A DNA stretch of 60,057 nt, the filler included, from Bipalium vagum (Eukaryota): the NCBI GenBank assembly GCA_037834085.1. It is 3 parts of 3 records of this genome, joined end to end, with 100 filler letters (N's around TTAATTAATTAA, not from the genome) between each part and the next. Parts side by side here need not be neighbours in the genome. Positions count along the whole stretch, not along the records: positions 19,193 to 35,273 come from JBBMKC010128022.1; positions 35,374 to 60,057 come from JBBMKC010199164.1; 1 more part is not named here. One strand, 5' to 3'. Shown here piece by piece: positions 26,943 through 38,670 of this stretch. A program made the translations under genes and the position numbers. The notes beneath the pieces were generated by a model, which was not told where the DNA came from, made no database searches, and was given only the letters and a program-made list of their open reading frames with translations. Within the stretch, counting starts at the first letter, position 1. Every line of letters begins with the position of its first letter.

Positions 26943-27252
26943 TTACATCAAGTGGCATTTGTCTGTAGCTTCACTGACCAATTGTTTCGGTACCTCGGAG
27001 ACTTTGTTTGCGAATCCTCTCATGTTTCCTGGAGAAAATATTATTTATTTATATTTCTGGGAATAATTTAAAAGTTGTCTTGTAAGCAATAAATTTTATT
27101 TCCCTTCATAAAATCTTACCAATGATACTATCTTCTTCATAGGCTTCTCCATTGGGATCGAAAGTGCTTTTTCTATTTCTATTTAGTTTGCCGTCATCAC
27201 TTCCCATATAGTCATCCATTGCTGGAAAAGCTTCCTTTTTCTTCAACCCATA
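26943..27252 (-). CDS. cplx: Complexin (synaphin), last two coding exons, C-terminal CaaX; 5' exons not found in window
   Basis: Exons 27252-27120 and 27028-26943 with canonical splice sites (CTTTTCTTAAG|, G|GTAAGA, TTTTCTCCAG|) splice in frame to YGLKKKEAFPAMDDYMGSDDGKLNRNRKSTFDPNGEAYEEDSIIGNMRGFANKVSEVPKQLVSEATDKCHLM*. This matches the complexin (RDK)|YGxKKKE motif, the GxLxRxxK and EEDxxI segments, and a terminal CaaX. Confidence 0.85.
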
Positions 27253-27469
27253 CTTAAGAAAAGTGTAAATGAAAACAAATTACATCCATCTTGTGATTTT
27301 CAATTATATAATATATTTTGAATAAGAAATCTAATTTCTAAACTTTCTTTGATAAGTCTATTATTAATAAAGTTTTTATTGAGTATTAGTACTTGGGTTA
27401 CTCTATGTGTATTGCAAAAAGGCAAGAAAAATATCAGAAACTAAAATTTATTTAGTATAAATTACTTTA

Positions 27470-27960
27470 TTATTTTTCTAAATATTCTTCAATGTGTGGA
27501 TCAATTTTCAAAACACTTTGCCCATAGTAAATCTAGTATGAATAATGCGTGAACATCATAGGATTCCTTTGAGTCGAATATCATTGTCCACGAAGTTTTT
27601 TTTAACAAAAGGAAATAAAAAGAAAACTTTAAAAGCTAAACCAGGATGACCAATTAGATTATAATTATTAGATTTCTGAGAGCTCTGAAAAGCTAGTTGT
27701 TTGGTCTGAGATGTTTGATCTGATATTGTCTAGGTGGAAAATGATCCGACGTCTTAAATTGTTCTTTCTTACTTCGTCAAATAATTCTGGCAAATAAATG
27801 TTTGTGTACTATTCATAATTAATCGTTCTAAGAGCCTCTAAAATCACGGTTGAGACATGTTTAATTTTTCCAATAAACAGCTCATCAGTTGCCAATTCGC
27901 AAAACATATCTAGCAGCTTACTTATTGTCTTATATTTATGGTTCTTTAACTTTGGAAATA
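27470..27960 (-). mobile_element. Mariner transposase C-terminal relic, in the intron upstream of the complexin exons
   Basis: KHVSTVILEALRTINYE*YTNIYLPELFDEVRKNNLRRRIIFHLDN..IGHP..FFLFPFVKK.LRGQ..WAKCFEN..EEYLEK*. Confidence 0.75.
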
Positions 27961-28849
27961 TTTAAAGAAAAAATTCGACATTAACAATAATAATATTAGA
28001 TTAATTCTATTTTTCAACAAATATAGAGGTTCCTCTTATTTGGAAACTCGCAAAAATTATATTAATAATTTTCTAGAGCAGACATTGGATATTATTTTAT
28101 TTGTGAGCAAACCAGTTTTAGACAATACATTTTTAAATTTAAGACTAATTTTATTCTGCTATGCTTCATGCCAGCTTTTAAGAATTTTGTCCTCTTCTTG
28201 ATTTTATAACGTTTAAAAATAAAATTTTCTTTATAAATCAGAAAGATTTTGAAAAATTGTAAAAATTAATTTTATTGTTTATATTTTTAATATTTAAAGC
28301 TTTCCGGGATTTGGTTTCAAGGACGGTAAGTCTAAATACAGTGTAAATTAGAGACAAATATATATACCGGAAATGTAAAATAAAATTTATTCTAATTTTT
28401 AAATTTACGCTTCATTTATGTATTATATACATTATATACACTAAAAATAATTAATTAGTAAAACAAAAATAAAATATTTCTCACACTTTCAACAATTCCA
28501 ATTTTCTAATAATTATTTCGATTTCATATCTCTTTCAGTACATCTTAGAATATTAACGTTACAGGAGATCAAGGACAAAGCATATGCTCAATGAAGTAGA
28601 AAATCCAAAGAAATAATTACTTTGTATGTAATATTAATATTATTTATTTAAAAGGAATAAAGCGAAAATTATTTTTTTCTTACAAAAATTAATAATAGAT
28701 AAACAAGAAAAATTTAAAAAAATAATTAAATTAACTGAAACATAAAATTTTAAGAACAAAAAAAATTTCTTTCATTTAACTCGTAATTAATTTTATGTTT
28801 TCGAGAATTAAATTTCGTAATTTTGAAAAATTACTCTTTTTTATTCATG

Positions 28850-29480
28850 TTATCAAAATAATTATCTAACGTGTGAAGCACGGAAAGATTTTCAATACCT
28901 TTGCATAAAATTTTTTAATATTTAAAATCATGTGCGATTTAAGATATGAAAATTATATTTCATACACTTATCTCAAGGCAAAGACAACTTACAAATTTCT
29001 CAAAAACATTTTTATACTGCCACCAGTTGTTGAAGACTTTCTGAGAGGAAATCATTTAATGCTTGAAATGAGCAAGCAGTAGTATGAAGAATCTCACACA
29101 AAGAATCATTCAATTTTGTTGATTTCGTTTGCTACTTGTCATACAACAAAATAAAAATTTTCTGTTGTCCATCAATGACGGACATTTCCCGACCGACACC
29201 ATTAAATTCAATACTTTTTTTAATGTTAACTTTGTTTTGGATGAGTTTGAAATCGAACTTTTATTTTTCATTATGGTGGACTTTTACGATTATTATAAAT
29301 GATCTATTTTTTATTGCATGTAATTGTAATTCTTTGTAACCATCGAACAGTTCACCTTATTCTCCTAGAGTCATTTCTACATTTCAGTCTAGCTCTGCTG
29401 TGATTCAAAAGTTTTCGTTTGTTTTCATCTACTGTTTTATAAATTTTTTTGAAATGATAACCAAAAATGCTAAAATTTGA
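28850..29480 (-). mobile_element. Possible highly decayed mariner relic
   Basis: Scattered motif remnants (ILLYD, CEILH, FYAKGIENL). Confidence 0.3.
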
Positions 29481-31591
29481 AGCAGTAAAACAAGGTCCAA
29501 AATAATACTAATTCTTACAAGAATAGTTTTATTTACTTTTCAAAATAAACAAGTTTTAAAGTTATTTAGGATATCAAATCTTATTATTAAAATATTGCTG
29601 ATACTTTCCGTTTTTAACAGAAAGGATTTTAATAAAATAGAAAGAATTACATTAAAAAGAGACTAAACAAAGGAAAATTATGGCAGCTTTTATGTTTATA
29701 ATTGATTAAACGAACTGAGTCTGATACACTGCAACAAAAAAAAACCTATGATCAATACATATTAACAAAGACAGTATCTGGTACTGACGAACGTAATTCT
29801 AAATTGAATGATTTTTAGCATCAGAAATACTTATAAAAACCTAATGGCGATTTCTCGAGAAAAGCAAATAAATAAATAAAAATTACTCCTAGAAGACGAA
29901 TACAGTGTCTTTTACCTGAACATGTAAAAAATTAATTACCGTAGTATGGAGTATTGAAAAAAAATCGAAAAAGAATTCATTAGCATTCATGTATTCACAA
30001 AAATAATCTTAATTTAAAAATTGATACAAGAGGGGTTTCATGTTGCTGTTTGATGAAAGTATTCCCTCAAAACTGGAATAACTTTAAAGATTATTTTAAA
30101 AAAAGTTTATTTTAGAATTTCAGAATTAAACGAAATAATAAAGAGAAGAAAAAATCAAAACTTTGAAGATCTCTACTAACATCTATATTTTTTGCAAATT
30201 GATTTTGGAATCTGTTATTTATCTTATACATAAAATGCCTTCCAAGAAAGTGTTTGCTTTCAGTCGTATGGTGAGAGACCTTACCAAGATAGAGCAATAT
30301 GAATAGACTGAAGATCAACAATGATATCGCAAGAAGTCTGCTGTTTCAGAAATATATTTCAAAGCTTCAGTCTTACTTTTTATAATTTAATCCAATGTAC
30401 AAAGATGAAGATTGAGATTAGCGTTTTGGACATTGTATTTAACAGTATGGTCAAGTAATAAAAGATACCTTTGATAATTTTTCTCCTTATCTTCGAAGAG
30501 GGCATTGTAAACGAAAATCTTTTTATATGGAAAAAATCATAGGGGTGAGTGAACTTTTTCCACAGTTACTAACTTAACTTTTAAAAATTATATAAAGTCT
30601 GACAAAGTTTATATACAGTATACAGTATACAGTCTCTTATTATCTCTCACTGCTTAACTATTATTAAAGAATTTTTAAAAAAAATTTTCACTTTTAATAA
30701 TCATTTTCACTAAACAATTTTGGACTTTGCTAAATGCTGTGATGAAAATTTTTTAAAAATAATTATTAATAGACCTTTAAAATATTGTAATATATATATC
30801 CTTTTCGAGAAGAATTATTTTCAATCTTTGTTTTATTGATGACATTCATAATAGTGACTTTGAAATAAAATTGACATCCGATTGTGGAGCCAACTATCAG
30901 ATGACATAATTTCCGGTTTTATAATGATCTCACAAAGATAAGTGTTATTCTTTTCAGAGAGATTCCAGATAAATAGCTTTGCGAATTGACAATAGTTAAC
31001 CACTTTTACAATACTTGTCTTTGTCATTTATTTTGAAAAATTAAATATAAAATTTGAACTTTAAGTATAAATTAACAATGTCAGTTTAAAAAATTTAATT
31101 AGTAAAGTATGTGCAGACCATTTAATGCAAAAGCTGACTATCTCGCTGAACTATTAAATGTTATGATCCTTTGAAATATTAGTCTTTTTTAACAATGTCC
31201 AGTTCTAGATAGGTCCAACGAAATTTTTAATCCTTGAAAGAAATCCTCAAGATCAACACATTTATACATGTGGTAATAAGAGATAAATAATTATTTTAAA
31301 AATGTGTTTAAATAAGTTAAATTGTTTATTTTAGTGGTATTAAATTAAATCTAAAGCGAAAATCTTCAGGGGAAATGATAAAAATACCTTCAATACAGGT
31401 AGGATTTATGCTTTGCATATTCAAGCAGGATATGGTTATTACGTTGATGCAATATAAATGCAGGTTTTTGGTGTTTTGTATTTAGCTCAAGTTTAGATCA
31501 ATAAATTATGTCATTTGTAATCTATCTTATGGTCTTTATAAATATTTGTTTAAAATTTATTGTAAAAAAATTATTATTTGGATATTACTCA

Positions 31592-32420
31592 GATGTCGAA
31601 ACGCAATTTCCGCAATATATTCTTCTATGCGTACAAGCTAGGGCGTAGTACAGCTCAAATCTCTCGAAACATCAACGAAGTTTGGGGTGAGCCTCATGCC
31701 AGATGACCAGCAGCCATTGATAATGAGAAATTGAAGCAAGTAATCAAAGATGATACTCGCAAAATTACACAGGAAGTTGCTGAAAAACTCAACATTGACT
31801 AATATAACGTCGCTTGTCATCTGATTGAATTGACGGAGTGGCAAAAACATCGTCTTTTTGAAATTGCATCCTCTCGTTCTACGCAACAAAAACGATCTTT
31901 TCTCGAAAGAATTATAGCGTGCGTTGAAAAGTGGATTCTCTATGACAATCGACGACGTTCGGCGCAGTAGTTGGTCTGCGATCAACAACCACAACATTTT
32001 TTAAACCGAAAGAAGGTTTTGGTGACTGTTTCGTAGTCTGCAGTTGGTCTTGTTCATCACAGCTTCCTACATCTTGGCGAAACGATTACAGCAGAGAAGT
32101 ACTGCCAACAAATTGGCGAAATGTATCAGAAGCTTAAACGTATGTGTGCAGCATTGGTCAACAGAAAAAGATCATTTTTTTTCCAGATTACAACACTCTC
32201 CTGCACGTCGCACAATTGACCCTGAAGAAGTTGAACGAATTGAACTGCGAGACTCATGCGCCCTACTCACTGGATCTCTCGCTCATGGACTTTTTCAAAC
32301 TTACCGCCGATATAAATAAACTTGCTTCATGTTGGCAAAAATCTTTTGATTCTAGTGGTTGTTTTTTCGATTAATAAACTTATTTTTAAGCTGAGTTGTA
32401 TTAATTTAAATTTAAAGTTA
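31592..32420 (+). mobile_element. Degenerate mariner (cecropia-like) element
   Basis: MSKRNFRNIFFYAYKLGRSTAQISRNINEVWG, RNKNDLFLERIIACVEKWILYDNRRRSAQ, KKVLVTV..GETITAEKYCQQIGEMYQKL, APYSLDLS, KLASCWQKSFDSSGCFFD*. Confidence 0.85.
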
Positions 32421-35273
32421 AGATTTAACAACCTGCATTTATATTCCATCAACATAATACAATCGCATTGCACAAGAAACAGGAATAAATAAATCAAGTG
32501 TTGAACACAACTTCATGATTTTGGTCATCATTGTTATGTTTCGTATAAGAAACGAAAGCTTATGATTGGTGATAAAAGAAAACGTTTGTTGTGAGCAAAG
32601 AAGAATGTCTATAATGATTGGTTTGCAGTTTTCTTTAGCGCTGAGTTCATTTTTCAAATTGGTAGTATTAGCATGAAAACTGTGCGAATAAAAATAAAAC
32701 TATAATGAAAAAAAATTTGTACTTTCAGAATTGGTTAATAAAAGCGTGTATTTTGTATCATGTTAACGACTTGTAAAAAAAATCGATCCATTTTCGGAAT
32801 TTATAAATTGTCTACATGAAAATATAAAATTGAAGTAGTGAAAAAATTAAGAAAACGTGATTATTAAATATTACCATGGACATCATTACATACAAATAAT
32901 AATAATACAACAATAAATAAACATTAATTAGTTACTTAGGAAAATAATTTGTTTATATTTAAGTTGTAGTAAAATATACTTTTGGCAGAGCGTATCGATT
33001 TATCAATGCAAATTAATTTAAAGACAGTTTCAGCGACTAACTGAAACTAAAAATTAAAACCTATATGTAGAAACGAAACAGATGCAGAACTATAAACGAT
33101 ATTCTAATAAAAGTCGGTGTGAAGAAAATGCAAAATAATTTGATAAAGGAATTATTCTACACTGTACATTGTTATACGATATGTTGTATAATCAAACAAT
33201 AAAGAGAAACTGGTTATTATTAACAACAGATTCATAAAGAATATATTTGCAATTACTGAAACAGGAAAGATAATCACATATTCATCTAAAAAATTAATTA
33301 GTTAAAAAATGTTTGGAAAAATAATTCAAATGTCACAGAAAAAATTTTTCGATTGATAATTTATTAGTTTTTAATTTATTTAAGTTCTTTCAGATAATTA
33401 ACATTTAAAATTCGTTCATTTCACAAATAAACTTTTAAACAGACTTAATTTCGAATTGTTAAAGTTTTTTTGAAAAGTAAATTCTGATTGTTCATATAAG
33501 GATTGGTTCGAACCATTAGTTTGCTTGAATTTTTAAAAATAAGGACCTCGGGCCTAAATTAAAAATTATTAAATGTTTTTAATTTAAATTTTTAAAAAAT
33601 TATAATGTACGGTTTTTTAAATATTTAAATAAATGTTAATACATTTTTATATAGTAAAAAATTTAATTTGAAAAGAAACTGAGAAGTTTGTTTAAGTAAT
33701 CGGAAATATTACTATTTCTTTGATTTTGTATATTATTATAAATGAAAACACAAGAATATAACTTCACAAGACTAAAATAAATTTTATTTACAACTATAAA
33801 ATCACATTTTTACTTTGGGTGCCGGAAAAAATCAATAATTTTTAGGTAGTGAAATACAAATGATACTGATATATTTGAAAAAATGTTATAAAATAACAAT
33901 GACATACATTTATTTATTACACATTATTTATAAGTAACAAAAAACGAGATTTGTTTCTTAGAATTTTGATTTTTAACTTGATTTCTCTTTGCATTGATAA
34001 TAACTTTCTTTCTTAACAAATTATTTCCAGGTTGTTCTTAAGAATAATTTATCAAGAATTTAGATGCGGTTAATGACTATAAATCAGTAGTTTTGTGTTT
34101 TTCTGTATCCAAATTTTTACATTTGTCGAAAAATATCTCTTCTGGATCCTTTGCAGAATTTTGGTTTTCATTGATAATCATTACGTCAATATCAATGATT
34201 TTAAATAAGAAGTTCATGTATAAACTCTTCAATAATAACCATTTCACCATTAAATTATAATCCATTTCAAAAATGGAACAATACTTTCTTTGAATTAAAG
34301 AAGACGTCACATATGCTGAAGGTTTTATGGATTTTGATCAATTTAAGCGTAATCTATGTCTCACAACTCTTCATTTTTCCTTTTTATTTAATGAGGCAAA
34401 CTAAGGCGGCTACGGATATCAATTACAAAATTGTTAATAAATTGGAAATTTCATATAATTGGTTAATCACAGTATAAATGAGCACCCAAGTAAAAATTGA
34501 AACATAATACTATTTTTCTTTTAAATTTTATTTTCCAAGACATTTTATGAAAGAAATAAATTAAGGAATGGAAACTCAAATTTCATTACCTTGTGGATTT
34601 AACCTATTAAAATATTTTATTAATTAAAACCAGTTTGTAAATAATTAACATAAATCATTGGATTCTATTTCAAAATGAGGCAGAAAAGAATTTAGCTCCA
34701 GTTATAAAAATCAATTTTATATTTTCTTAGATAAAATATCATTTACCATCGAAACATCCCATTCAACAATGCTAATAAACCATTATTGTAACAATTGCGA
34801 AAGTTGAAGAAAATTCTGATAGGACCTCATCCTATCTCTTCGATTCTATTATCTGAATAATTTTGTAAAAAATGACCAAATAGCGGAAATCATTTAATTA
34901 TTTCTAATAAGAATGAGAGATATTTTAGGCTATCTGATGCTTTAATGCATGCATTGTCAAATGATGAGAGACATATTTGTCTTTTAATTAATAGAATGAT
35001 GCTTCAACTCTCAAAGGATTTCCTATTGCTTTCCGTAAAGTTAGACTAACAAAAATGATATTTAATCATTTTTTTAAATTATAAATTTAAGAAATTTTTT
35101 TTATTATTTTTCAAAATTAGTTTTATTACAAATATTACTTTAATTTTAAAATTTTTTTTTACTTTTTTATTTTTATTATTTACTTAATAATGCTTATGAA
35201 TATACTGCTGGGTTTACCTAAAACACTCACTCATCCCAGATGAAAATTGTGAAATTGTGCACAAAATAATGAT

Positions 35274-35373
35274 NNNNNNNNNNNNNNNNNNNNNNNNNNN
35301 NNNNNNNNNNNNNNNNNTTAATTAATTAANNNNNNNNNNNNNNNNNNNNNNNNNNNNNNNNNNNNNNNNNNNN
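35274..35373. other. Artificial contig linker N44-TTAATTAATTAA-N44
   Basis: Same 100-bp structure as 19093-19192. Confidence 0.95.
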
Positions 35374-36744
35374 TTTGCAGATAATTCAGAAGAAAGTTAA
35401 AATTGACTGAAGAAGATCTGAATGAAAAGATCGAAACATGTTTCAAGATAAATAAAGTATTCAAGATTGAATAAAATATTGTGTTTTCGTAAAAATTCGT
35501 TAAATGGGGTTTATTTAAAAAATAAAAGAGGGCTGAAAAGTAAATGAACAATAACATGAACAAGGAAATTATATTGTTAATGACAAATAACATATACAGT
35601 AAATGGAAGACGGCAATTCTCATTAAATGATGTTTGTGAAATGATTTCCTTTAACAGATAACGTTAAATCAATTATTTGTGGGAAGGACAATTTTTTAGT
35701 TTGCAGCTCTTCGTAGTAAAGCGGAAAAATTCTTCGTTTACTCATTTTTCTATTTCAATTAGATTTTTCTTTTTTGTAATGAAAAAACCTTGCATTAAGA
35801 GTATCCCAAAACCAATATAAACTGGTGTGAAGTTTTAGCATGTTATCCTTATGTTGCAAAATACAACCAAAAAATTCAACTTGTTTATCATAGTAATCTG
35901 GTTTCCATTCTTTAAGAAACTATTTTTAAAAATTTTTAACGTCCCTTCTGTTAAAGCTCATTGTACCAAGGTATTTGGAATATTAGTTTCCTCTGATAAT
36001 CTACAAATGGACGTTATAACATACATATCAGCAATTGAACATTTAATGGAGACCTAATATTCTGTGATTTTTTAATATTTATTAAAACATTTAGTGAAAT
36101 GTCAAATTCTGTCACATTATTTCAAGCACATCATCAGTACCATAGGTTGAAATGGACATTGACGGATGAACCTCACGAAATTCGTCCTTTAGACTTGTGC
36201 TACCTAATCATGCGTAAATGCTGTTAACATTTATCAATTTATAACTTACTAGTGAAAGTTTTTTTTAAAGAATTTGTTTTGTAACATCACTAACTTTTGA
36301 TCCGATTTCTCTTTAAGCAGGTCTTTGAGGGTTGAGGAATTTTGTTTATATTGTTAAAAACCTGACATTATGAAACGATAGTTGTTAATAATGACAAATC
36401 ATTCTGACAGGTTAAATGAAGTCTATCGATATACTGATTCGGTGTCTGGTCACATTTAGAATCATAGTAAATCATCGAACGATAATTTTCCCGTAAAAAT
36501 GTCATATTTTCAAAAGTTAACCATTAAAACAAAGTCCCTAATTCATACTTCTACAAATGATTCCCTCTAATTTTCTTATTGTCAGTAATAAAAAGCCGAT
36601 ATAAGAGTACCCGATTTGACAAACGTAACTATCACCCACGTATTATTAATAGGATTGAAAAGAAATTTCTCTTAGAATTTTTCCCTTGTCGTCAGGATTA
36701 GAGACACCAACTCAGTGAGTTGAGGACACATTTATAAATGGAAA

Positions 36745-37790
36745 ATGCATTCCACATTTTAGTAAAAGGTGAAATAAATCATACCCATTCTTCAAATCCG
36801 TATTCGCAATCATATTTCCTACCATAAATTTATAAGATCAAACGAAATCAATTGATTAATATCCCAAACGGAATTGGAAATATTTATAAATATTATTTAT
36901 TTATATTTTATCAAATGTCTACTAATCATTCAGAAGAGGGCCACCACTGAGAAAGGAATCTGGAAATTACTTTTCTGATTCCGTTTTCTATAAAACATTT
37001 CATTATACTTCCATAACAAAATATTTTTCTTTTCTTTTCTCTTATTCCTAACCTAGTAACCTAGCGGACCCCAGCTGCCAATGTCTAAGTTGTGGCCAAC
37101 TTTTCTCCTTTTATAAGCGAAAGTTCTATTGCCTAATTCAGCGTGTGGAGATTTTCAGTAATGCATTCCAAGCATTTTTTTCTGGCAAACAAATTTTTTT
37201 ATTAGTTAACAGTTCAATACAGAACCATACTTGATAATAAATACGATTTTAACATTCCAGGAAGCAGCTTCCTCCGGCTGTCCATCAGTTGGCCTCATTG
37301 TTCAACGTATGAATAGGAAACCCGGAATGCTTTCAGTACAATGTGTCCTGCTAGCCACAGTTCTCCGTCTGAACATTCTTTCCTCTCGACAAACTTTAAT
37401 TAAAATGATTATTATTTATTTTACAATTTATAATCACTGTCTGCACGCAATTAATTATGTGGAACGTCTAATTAATATTAGTAGTAGTAGTAGTAATAAT
37501 AATAAAAGCTGATAAATGTACTAATCCGCATTCCTCAGCTTCCTGGTTCCATCAATGGGGGCAAGAATGAAGGGCAACAGACGAAGACGTCGATGGTATC
37601 AGTGACAACATTGTCATCAGTAATGAGAGAAATGACAAAAGAGACGCCAGCTGTTTTCATTGCTGAACCGGATTAATATAATTTTATTTGTCAATAGTGT
37701 CATATGGTTTTTTTTATATTAATGAAAAGCTTTGAAAGAAACAAATCTCATCAGGGGGTGTGATTGGTCTGAAGAGAAGCAAATTGTTCT
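36745..37790. promoter_or_regulatory. GC-enriched non-coding island with clustered TEAD (CATTCC), E-box and CCAAT motifs; candidate cis-regulatory module
   Basis: CATTCC at 36748, 37164, 37253 and 37529, GGAATG at 37324; CAGCTG at ~37072 and ~37648; TGATTGGTC at ~37761; no convincing long ORF. Confidence 0.35.
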
Positions 37791-38399
37791 CCGGGAAATG
37801 TAATTGTCAAAAATGTTTTTCTATTGTTCCAAGGCTTCTATAGATTACGTCCTCTCTCTCTTTCGCTCATTCAACGGTAATAATTGATTGCGGAGTATTA
37901 TTTTTCTGAGGTCTCTATAATATAAATATAAAATAAAATCTTCAATTGAAAAATTTTAAAATGTGTAACCGCACATTTTAAAATTAAAAATCAAAAACCA
38001 GTGTGAAAAATATTTTAAAATTTAATTATTTCTATTTAATATATTTGAATATTCTAAATATTATATTATTATGTGAAAAAGAAATATTCTCTCGATTTTA
38101 TATAATTGTTCTCTTTATCAAAAAATGCATCAGACAAATTTGAAAAAATAAAATCATTAAATTCTTTTTGAAAAAAACACTTTTATCAATAATATCTTTT
38201 TATTATATTTTGTTGTGAGCTCTGAGAAAGATTTATACCCTTAATTGAGTTCTGAATAATTTTAGAGACAAGACTGAATAAATGACAATAAATATTTATT
38301 AACAATACTTGTAATTATTATTGAAAAATCATAATATCTTAAAATAGTTATATTTTTAGAAAATCTAGATAATATAAAGAAATGGAAAATATACTGAAA

Positions 38400-38670
38400 A
38401 ATAAAATAGAAATAATTAAAGAATTAAATAATAAAATAAAAAAAAAAATATAAATAATAAAATAAGAAAATAATAAAATAATAAAATAAGAAAATAAGAA
38501 AAGAATAAAATAATAAAATAATAATAATAATAATAAATAATAATAAATAATAATCCATAATTAATGATATAAAAAGATTCATTGTGTTACTAAAATTATA
38601 TAAAATAAATATAATTATAACTCTAATATAATGGTATACTAATAATAATATTATTATTATTATATTCATT
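38400..38670. repeat. Low-complexity (AAT/AAAAT)n tract
   Basis: Runs of AATAAT and AAAATAAG; produces the spurious hydrophobic ORF 38424-38669. Confidence 0.7.

Noticed and set aside
37231-37705. Minus-strand frames with isolated TGA codons (selenoprotein or antizyme-like frameshift idea)
   Set aside because: No homology to known selenoproteins or antizyme, no evident SECIS or UCC-UGA context, and stops occur in all frames.
38424-38669. Hydrophobic 81-aa ORF and similar I/F/L-rich short ORFs (5823, 16514, 35318, 52956)
   Set aside because: Products of low-complexity AT-rich DNA.
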